Below, one piece after another: positions 33,677-42,409 of a DNA stretch of 42,409 bases (within the stretch, counting starts at the first letter, position 1; each line of letters opens with the position of its first letter). Both the position numbers and the translations under genes were made by a program. The stretch is from assembly GCF_001194135.2 (NCBI RefSeq), contig NC_068986.1, forward strand, positions 101,937,977-101,980,385. The letters are read 5' to 3'. Below the pieces are notes generated by a model. It saw only the letters and a program-made list of their open reading frames with translations. It did no database searches and had not been told where the DNA came from. The DNA comes from Octopus bimaculoides (taxonomy: Eukaryota).

Positions 33677-35107
33677 CTATCGGTAAGTATTCTCGTGAAT
33701 GGTAATTATATAAATTCTCGATTATTTATTTGAGAAAAGTTATGATTGCATAATCGATACGAATTTAAATACGTCTGACATTTTCATATTTTAACTTAAA
33801 TGTAATAATTATTGTGACATTTAGATATTAAATTCCTTTCAGTGTTCCATACAAAAATTCCTCAAATAGTAATTACGCATAACATAATACAGTAAACTAT
33901 TTGGCATTTCGGAAATCTTGGTAAAATCATTATTTCAATTTTATTATTAAATAACTACTAGAATTCTGTTTAATTTTATCACATCAATTGATGCATTTTC
34001 ATGAATCATAACGTCCGACATTTTGATTGTATGTATGAATGGAACCTGAAACGAAATTACAAGATATTAGTGATATACACAAAGTTATCGGTTAGTTTTC
34101 GGAATATATACTTTGTTACCCGATTACATAAACTGTATAAGTTCATATCCATAGAATACCAACTTATGTACTGTACATGGAATCCTTATTCTTGTTAATA
34201 GTGAAAATACTTTATCATTAACTGTTACATGTGGTTTATTATATATTTCCAAAAGATTATATATACCTAATGGACCAAATGATATTTCTACCAGTTTAAC
34301 ATTTTATCCCAAAATACTATCATAATAAGTCGAGAATCTTAACTGGAACCGAACTGTCAATTTCCAAACAATTACAGTTATTCAGGCCAATATCAAGTTT
34401 ATTTACAAAACGATGCATCGTATGAGCAGCGAATTAGATACTCGCACATTTCACATTATCATTTAGGCGTTTGCAGTTTGATAATTTACAGAAACTGAAC
34501 AGTTTTCGCTGCTATTCTTCTGTCCCATCATTATCCCTAATTTTGTGGTTTGGGAACATAGCTGTTCTTTCTAGCGTGAGGAATCCCATGAGTGAATTCC
34601 TCTTATGTGTTTAAATGTACACTGTATTTTAGGAGAAATACATTGTCTTTGGACTAAATTTTTACACGCTAGTCCAGTAGGAATGAAAATTTCTATTATT
34701 TTCCATTTCCCTTCGATATGATTAAGTATATATATTTATATGTGTGTGTATGTATAGACATATATATATATATATTCCCGAGCATCATACTGATACATCC
34801 TTTTGTTATTTACACCACCTGTCCTCGTATGTTGTTGTTTTTTCGTACATTCTCCCATATATATATATATATATATATATATATNNNNNNNNNNNNNNNN
34901 NNNNNNNNNNNNNNNNNNNNNNNNNNNNNNNNNNNNNNNNNNNNNNNNNNNNNNNNNNNNNNNNNNNNNNNNNNNNNNNNNNNNNNNNNNNNNNNNNNNN
35001 NNNNNNNNNNNNNNNNNNNNNNNNNNNNNNNNNNNNNNNNNNNNNNNNNNNNNNNNNNNNNNNNNNNNNNGGTCAGTTATACACCTCTGTTATCTTTAAT
35101 TTTTTTT

Positions 35108-35225
35108 GTTTCAGTCATTAAACTGCGGCCATGTTGGAGCATTTCACTTTTTACCTAATTCGTTCACAATGCATTAGATGTCCAGTGATTGAACTCGAAT
35201 CAACTAGGTTGCAGGACAAGCTTAA
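35108..35225 (-). mobile_element. Collapsed SINE family B remnant (tail piece plus tRNA-head piece)
   Basis: GTTTCAGTCATTAAACTGCGGCCATGTTGGAGCA is the tail in reverse; CCAGTGATTGAACTCGAATCAACTAGGTTGCAGGACAAGCTT is B-box/head-like in reverse. Confidence 0.5.
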
Positions 35226-36075
35226 GTATACACCTATATCTGTATAGGTTTAATTTTATGTGTTTCATTTCATTAGTATTCTCATAATTAAAGATTCTAT
35301 TCGGGGAAAAATAAGGTGTGCACATTATCGTGAATATGAATGTAGCAGTAACGTCTTCATTAATAAAACATTTTGACAAACAAACGCTGTTTAGGAAAAA
35401 ATGCAACTCATGGACTTAAAATATAGTATCATTGTCAGCAAGATATAGCATATTAGAATTGCATTAAATAAATAATAAGGTCAATGAATTTTAGACTTTT
35501 CTCGTGAAATAACTTTTAATCTTCATAACACTTCAAACAAAAAGATAAACTGATATTTTGCTTTTCGTATTGACGTCTGCAATAACAATTTATAAAGGTT
35601 TAACTCAAGTAGTTCTAGAATTGCTGAAAGCTTTATTGCTCTCCTCTGTTTGATGAATTAAAAGACGCGGTATCTCCCGTCAAATTGATATCTTAATGAT
35701 TCCATCTTTCCACTGTGACGTAAAGGTGTTAATCCATGGAAAGCTTCAATTTCCTGGTCTAGCAAATACCTCAATCTCCAATTTTCTTATGCTGGTATTG
35801 CACGTGTTTGTTTGGGTTGCACAAAATATTCACCTAACGTTACAAATTATTTACGTAAGAAAAAATGCATATATGAATGTATTCCAGTTGCTGCTGACGG
35901 AGTCTTGTATATTTTCGTCCTTTAATATTTCTTTAATTTCCGGCTTTGGAATTGTTATATTCTTATATCTTCATTTATGATGGGAGCTTTTCAAAAGTAC
36001 TACTTTCATCTACTTGCATACGTATACACCCACACACACACACACAGATGTGTATATAGATTGACATAAGCACAC

Positions 36076-36112
<37 letters not shown>

Positions 36113-37613
36113 TATATATNNNNNNNNNNNNNNNNNNNNNNNNNNNNNNNNNNNNNNNNNNNNNNNNNNNNNNNNNNNNNNNNNNNNNNNNNNNNNNNNN
36201 NNNNNNNNNNNNNNNNNNNNNNNNNNNNNNNNNNNNNNNNNNNNNNNNNNNNNNNNNNNNNNNNNNNNNNNNNNNNNNNNNNNNNNNNNNNNNNNNNNNN
36301 NNNNNNNNNNNNNNNNNNNNNNNNNNNNNNNNNNNNNNNNNNNNNNNNNNNNNNNNNNNNNNNNNNNNNNNNNNNNNNNNNNNNNNNNNNNNNNNNNNNN
36401 NNNNNNNNNNNNNNNNNNNNNNNNNNNNNNNNNNNNNNNNNNNNNNNNNNNNNNNNNNNNNNNNNNNNNNNNNNNNNNNNNNNNNNNNNNNNNNNNNNNN
36501 NNNNNNNNNNNNNNNNNNNNNNNNNNNNNNNNNNNNNNNNNNNNNNNNNNNNNNNNNNNNNNNNNNNNNNNNNNNNNNNNNNNNNNNNNNNNNNNNNNNN
36601 NNNNNNNNNNNNNNNNNNNNNNNNNNNNNNNNNNNNNNNNNNNNNNNNNNNNNNNNNNNNNNNNNNNNNNNNNNNNNNNNNNNNNNNNNNNNNNNNNNNN
36701 NNNNNNNNNNNNNNNNNNNNNNNNNNNNNNNNNNNNNNNNNNNNNNNNNNNNNNNNNNNNNNNNNNNNNNNNNNNNNNNNNNNNNNNNNNNNNNNNNNNN
36801 NNNNNNNNNNNNNNNNNNAGAGAGAGAGAGAGAGAGACAGACATAGTGAGAGAGAAGGACTGAGAGAAAGAGAGTTATATATAGATATACATTCACACAC
36901 ACTCGTGCAAGCACAGATACAAAAATATAAGTATATCAATACACATAGATACATACATTAAACTGATACAAATTCCATTGAACAATATACCGCAAAATGT
37001 GATACGGGTGAAGATGAGGTTAATCAGGATGAGCTTCTTTGAAACAGAAAGTGGCACCTAGACAGCAATCATGTTGAAATGATATAGGTTAAAAATTTTG
37101 TGTTGGTATATATATATCAGTCTCTACTCTAAAACGATTATGCTTAAATTATAAGATACTACAAGGCCAGCAAAAAGAAAATTCCTTATCTAATTCCTTA
37201 TCATGTGAGAGACAGGTCAAGTTGATACCTTTACATTCGATTGTAAGATTGTAAGTTACAAACTTCAGCACAGTAGATTATATTTGACTGACAAGAATAA
37301 CATTCATGTACAATCAACTTTCGTTTGCAATATGACGCTATTACAGATAACATCACGCGCCATAAACCTAGATTAATATGAAAATACGATAAGAAAATTA
37401 TGGCATACTTTATTCAAAAGAAAATAGCTTAAGTATGGAAACCATATTTATATCTCAATACAATGCTGACATCAAATTGCCAGCAAACACATCATAAACT
37501 TAACACGTCTCTCTACAAGTCAATCAATTTAGTTCTTCATTTCCCTTGCACCAATCGCTTGCATTTAATTCACTATTTTGTCAATGCTAGCTGCCAGTTT
37601 AACACATACTCAC

Positions 37614-37659
37614 GTTCCCTCTCTAGATGATAGCAAAGAAGGAAGGAAACACTGTTCTC
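37614..37659 (-). CDS. Candidate 46-nt internal exon of an unidentified gene
   Basis: ttgttttcctgcctatttag|GAGAACAGTGTTTCCTTCCTTCTTTGCTATCATCTAGAGAGGGAAC|gtgagtat. Both splice sites are good and two frames are open (ENSVSFLLCYHLERE or GEQCFLPSLLSSREG). Confidence 0.35.
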
Positions 37660-38665
37660 CTAAATAGGCAGGAAAACAATTTGAAATAGTTTTAATGTTC
37701 TCTATTTTATAACTATCGACTTTTTATGAATGTTTAAATATCATGTAATTATTGTCTTTATCTTCTTTTGTGTTTGAATGTTAGTTCAAGATTATAGCTT
37801 TTCGTTTCCTTTTCTTTTCTATCTTGAATACACCTTTAGATTGTCTTTTAAAAATCCGGAAAGGACAAATTATAGACAAAATAATCCTTAATATACACAT
37901 CGTCGTGATAATATATACATTAAGGAAATGCACATACCACCAACTCAGAATACAGATTTACTTTCTCACATTAATAATCATGACATTTGACATGAACCGA
38001 GTTTGCAGTCGTAGAGTGTAAAACATAGGCCAGACACAGCCCGAGTACCTACTCTCTGAGTTCAAATCACACTGAGCTAGATTTCATAGAATATAGGCCA
38101 TCCTATGAGTGCGGTTGTATTGAATTGTTTTGGCAACATTCAACGAGGTTCAGTTCAAAATAACAACAGTCTTCTCTTTCGGAGGACATATTTCAGTGTG
38201 TTAGTGGATTCGTGGAAGATTAGAATACTTTTGTATTAACACTAATCTAGCGACGTAGGTGTCAGTTCCATACATTAATGTACTTCTTTAGTTATTGCAC
38301 GAATGCATGATAGTCTATACTTTTTTTCTGTGTAAAATGTGTCTTCGTTAATCCATGAAATTCATGTGGCGCTACAATAGAATGAGTAACAAAACTTTAG
38401 TTACCGCTGTTCCGTTGTATCTGAAAGATGCAAATCAGGTTTTCTTGGGAAACTACAGGAATCTTATTAGTTTCAATATTGATATGTTACCTCCCACATC
38501 ATCAAGGAAAATTATTTAAACTTGGAGGTAACATTTGAAAAGCTTATGTTTAGGAAATACTAAAAGAATTCTAAATTCCCAACTTATATAATATACACAT
38601 TATATATTTGATTCTAGTAATTAATACATAACCTACTGAAATGATATAATATGTTATCAGAGGAT

Positions 38666-38880
38666 GGTGAGCTGGAAAGAATATTAACACACCGGACTAA
38701 ATGCTTAGCCGTATTTTGTTTGTCTTTGCGTTCTGTGTTCAAATTCTGCCGAGGTCGACTTTGCCTTCCGTCCTTTCGGGTTCGATAAGCTATGTACCAT
38801 TTGCGTACTGGGTCTATCTAATCGACTGGCCCCTTCCCCCAAAATGTGGGTCTTGTGCATAGAATAGAAAAGAATATATA
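38666..38880 (+). mobile_element. tRNA-derived SINE, family A, diverged, tail type 2
   Basis: GGTGAGCTGGAAAGAATATTAACACACCGG...GTTCAAATTCTGCCGAGGTCGACTTTGCC...CCCCCAAAATGTGGGTCTTGTGCATAGAATAGAAAAGAAT. Confidence 0.88.
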
Positions 38881-39538
38881 TTATCAGAAAAGAATACATT
38901 GCCAAAACAATGGATAAATGACTCGAAACCTTTCATTATTAAGTCCACAGCATGAGAATGTACACGTAAACGTGTGCGATTGCACCCTATATGCATATAT
39001 ATATATATATATGNNNNNNNNNNNNNNNNNNNNNNNNNNNNNNNNNNNNNNNNNNNNNNNNNNNNNNNNNNNNNNNNNNNNNNNNNNNNNNNNNNNNNNN
39101 NNNNNNNNNNNNNNNNNNNNNNNNNNNNNNNNNNNNNNNNNNNNNNNNNNNNNNNNNNNNNNNNNNNNNNNNNNNNNNNNNNNNNNNNNNNNNNNNNNNN
39201 NNNNNNNNNNNNNNNNNNNNNNNNNNNNNNNNNNNNNNNNNNNNNNNNNNNNNNNNNNNNNNNNNNNNNNNNNNNNNNNNNNNNNNNNNNNNNNNNNNNN
39301 NNNNATGTCTATACTCAGTATCTGTTTTTGCAAACTTTAGTCCCGTCTCCTTTGAATTATTCTACAACTAGTTTAATTATGATTTCTATAGTAAAATTGT
39401 GCTTAACTCTAATGATCGTTGTTCTGTCTATTCTTTTCCTGTTTTTATTCACACTTTGTATTCTCATAAAACGTTTTGCATCAGCCTTCTCAATTTTTCT
39501 CGTGGTTTCTCAGGTAACAGCGTCTTGATATTTAAACA

Positions 39539-39601
39539 GGAAAAAGCCCTGTGCACAGAGCAATCTTGGAGAATACAATGCACATTATTAAATCGTGCCT
39601 A
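39539..39601 (+). other. Ankyrin-repeat-like peptide GKSPVHRAILENTMHIIKSCL (candidate exon or pseudo-exon)
   Basis: Fits G-x-[TS]-P-[LV]-H-x-A...I-I-K-x-x-L spacing and starts right at a possible acceptor tttaaacag|G (39538-39539). No convincing donor; frame ends at TAA 39659-39661. Confidence 0.22.
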
Positions 39602-40739
39602 ACCACGTGTAACAGTGACAATCAACTATCAGTAACTCTTAATTTAATACATTGTACATAAAATGATAACCATAACATTATACACACACGTACATATATA
39701 CATTTGTACGCACACATATATGTAAATGTACAGAGAGAGAGAAAAAGTGTAGGGGAGGCAGTGTTTGTATGGGTGTGTGCATGTGTGAAAGTAAAGGAGA
39801 AAAAGAGAAGTAAAGACACAGGCATTCGCTTTTAACCAGGTATGATGTGATGTATAAAATATATCTTTGGATTTGTGCTGATTCCGTCATCCCTTTATTC
39901 TAAAATGTGTATATCTGGCACTATCTCATTTTATTCCATCGTAATTCGCCTCAATCTGGGTTTTTTTTTTCTTTGTCTTTTTCTTTTGTTAAGAATTTGT
40001 ACTTGTTATTCACATCTGATATTGAAAACATTGTTATATGAAATATTTTATTGAACATACAAGCATCAGCATGTTGAAGAACAAATCCATTCTACATTAT
40101 ATATGTGCAAATATACATAGAAGAGCTATACGCTGACATCTTGTATAGATCACTTAAGTACGAAATAATGTTGTGCTGTATCTTTTCGGTATCTGGTGCA
40201 TTTTGTCACATTATATATTTACGCATCCATTACTTCCAACTCATCCAAACTGTCAGTTGAAGCGCAATGATAAGCAATTGTTATCTTAGCTATTTAGTAT
40301 ATTCTACTACAACTGCTTGAAATTATATATCTCTCTAGAATTGGAAGAAGGTATATTTTGTTTTAGTTTTGACAAAAGGAAATTTTTTAAATGAATAAAA
40401 GATTTTAATAACCAGATTTTCATGGAAAATACGTAATATATCAATTATGTTGATAATGATACACAGTAGTTGTCAAGACGTTATGACGCTTATATTTCAG
40501 GACAAGAAATGGTTGTGATGTTTTTGATATTTAACTAATATTACAATGCATGCACATAAAATGCCTATAATCGACAATGACGAGTATATTAATATGTTCA
40601 TATATTTAATATTTTGATTTTTTCTCCTATCTTCATGTAAAAGTTTTCTTAGTAACGAAACAAAAACCGATATTCCTATAGGTTTGGATAGATAAACTTC
40701 CAAATTAATTTAAATTTAAATAACAAATTAGGTACCGGA

Positions 40740-41280
40740 ATTATGTAATAATACATCAATATTGTCTACCTTGATTAGCACACCGGGTGAAATGCTTAGC
40801 GGTATTTCCTGTCTTTACTTTCTGATATCAAATTCCGCTGAGGTCGACTTTCATCCTTTCGGGGTCGATAAATTAAGTACCAGTTGCGTACTGGGGTTGA
40901 TTTAATCGGCTGGCTCCCACCCCAAAAGTATCGGAACTTGTGCATAGAGTAGAAAAGATNNNNNNNNNNNNNNNNNNNNNNNNNNNNNNNNNNNNNNNNN
41001 NNNNNNNNNNNNNNNNNNNNNNNNNNNNNNNNNNNNNNNNNNNNNNNNNNNNNNNNNNATTATGTAATAATACATCAATATTGTCTACCTTGATTAGCAC
41101 ACCGGGTGAAATGCTTAGCGGTATTTCCTGTCTTTACTTTCTGATATCAAATTCCGCTGAGGTCGACTTTCATCCTTTCGGGGTCGATAAATTAAGTACC
41201 AGTTGCGTACTGGGGTCGATCTAATCTACTCGACCTTCCCCAAAAATTTCGGGTCTTGTGCCTAGAGTAGAAAAGAATAT
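40740..41280 (+). repeat. Gap-flanking duplication containing a family A SINE (40740-40959 vs 41059-41280)
   Basis: 158 bp are identical (40740-40897 = 41059-41216: unique flank plus SINE 5' part), then the two SINE 3' ends diverge. Confidence 0.88.
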
Positions 41281-41344
41281 TGCTTACCTGCAACAGGTGC
41301 TTAACTCCATTTAAGTATCACGTTTAGTCTTTTCTTCCATTACT

Positions 41345-41622
41345 CTGTGCATTTTTTCTTCTTCCTTCACATTGATCCTGTTGTCACCGGGGCATGCTAT
41401 GACGATTATCATACATATTCTTTCTCTTTTAAAACACCACAACAATGCCGGGTTTCCCACGACTGGTCAGATGATCGCACTGGATCATTATATCTCACAG
41501 GATTTTGCAGTTCTCATTTTCAGTGACGGCTGGGTTTGCTCATACCATGTCTTTGTTCTTCGTAGGTCGTGATTCTAACAGAGCACCCAATGGATCATTC
41601 CAGCCACATTGTTAATTGACCG
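41345..41622 (-). mobile_element. RLE-type non-LTR retrotransposon relic (R4/Dong/NeSL-like endonuclease region)
   Basis: Minus-strand frames: NNVAGMIHWVLC*NHDLRRTKTWYEQ; AVTENENCKIL*DIMIQCDHLTSRGKPGIVVV; KRERICMIIVIACPGDNRINVKEEEKMHR. These match RHDxVA..IHW..C / KILWD / KPD(IVV) / DIAxP / KExEK motifs of PD-(D/E)xK endonuclease LINEs. Confidence 0.88.
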
Positions 41623-42219
41623 AAAATACTACGATAGCATAAGAAACAAATCCCCAACTCCCCAAACCTCACAAACTTCTCTTTGGATCCCTATTACACT
41701 GAGAAATTGTTGGACTTATGCGGCATGAAGTACTGCATCTAAATATTGCTACAGCATGTTGGGAAGGGGTCAAATGGAAAGTATAGAAGAATATGCTCCC
41801 AGGCTTCGAATGCTCGGTTTTCCATGCTCTCCTGAAAAGTCTCACATATGCTAAATAACAGTGTCTACAATAAGGAGAAGAAGCAACAAAATTAATTCAA
41901 CAACGATGATAGCAAACTCATCGGTTAGCTGTGGAGTTTTGTATCTAAAGCATTTTAGTCAAAGCATTGTGAACTTACAAATGTTATTCTTGTATTGTTC
42001 CTTCGAATGCAGTTCATGGATGGGAAAAAAGAACAATTTACTAAAGCGGAAGAGCTGATATGCAGACCAAAAATCCATCATATCAATACGCCATCGCTCT
42101 GTTATGAGAATCGTTCTCAATCAAGCATTTCACAATGAGACCTACTAACAAACACATCAGCAATTTATAGAGAAATTCATATTAAGGAAAGCAATAATTG
42201 CGAAAAATCAATGATTTCT

Positions 42220-42371
42220 CTCTCTATATGTGTGTATACGTGTTTTTCAGTGTGACGTGTGTGTGCATGCATGTGGGTGCATGTGTTTGTATGTTTGTGA
42301 GTGCCCGTATATATATGTATATATATATATATGTGTGTGGGTGTGTGTGTGTGTGTATACATAATACCTAC

Positions 42372-42409
<38 letters not shown>
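42220..42409. repeat. Compound (GT)n/(TA)n microsatellites to the window end
   Basis: Seen directly. Confidence 0.95.

Noticed and set aside
3028-39528. Long ORFs of 100-380 aa in the track at about 3.0-3.7, 13.5-14.8, 15.3-16.3, 18.4-19.6, 24.6-25.2, 34.7-35.2, 36.0-37.0 and 38.9-39.5 kb
   Set aside because: They consist of X-runs from N gaps plus translations of dinucleotide repeats (YIYI, HTHT, CVCV, LSLS).
41283-41295. Strong minus-strand donor CAG|GTAAGC
   Set aside because: Upstream sequence is the LINE relic with stops; no coding exon.
42011-42140. Plus-strand acceptor followed by 41 open codons (FMDGKKEQFTKAEEL...)
   Set aside because: No motif, no upstream partner exon; within chance expectation.

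Overview
AT-rich animal genomic DNA from a gapped short-read scaffold (14 N-runs, about 4.3 kb, most abutting TA/CA/CT microsatellites). The tRNA-derived SINE families and extreme microsatellite load look like an octopus (coleoid cephalopod) genome; this is recognition from memory, not a database result. The window is intronic or intergenic. No complete protein gene, rRNA, tRNA gene or CRISPR array is supported, and nearly all long entries in the ORF track are artefacts of N-runs or dinucleotide repeats. Well supported: two full-length decayed Tc1/mariner elements (DD34D mariner 8306-9573; DD37D maT-like 25489-26749), about a dozen SINE copies or fragments of two families, 3' relics of a CR1/L2-group-like LINE and an RLE-type LINE, two Penelope-like 3' ends with degenerate minimal hammerhead motifs, a Gypsy/Ginger integrase C-terminal relic, and two gap-flanking duplications that are probably assembly artefacts. 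Tentative: minus-strand small exons (37614-37659, 33633-33676, a 6-nt microexon at 16447-16452), one plus-strand ankyrin-like motif, and an unexplained CpG-rich structured island at 29061-29161. I found no demonstrable new biological system. The best leads are a SINE/LINE shared 3' tail, the hammerhead-like motifs, the structured island and the microexon.
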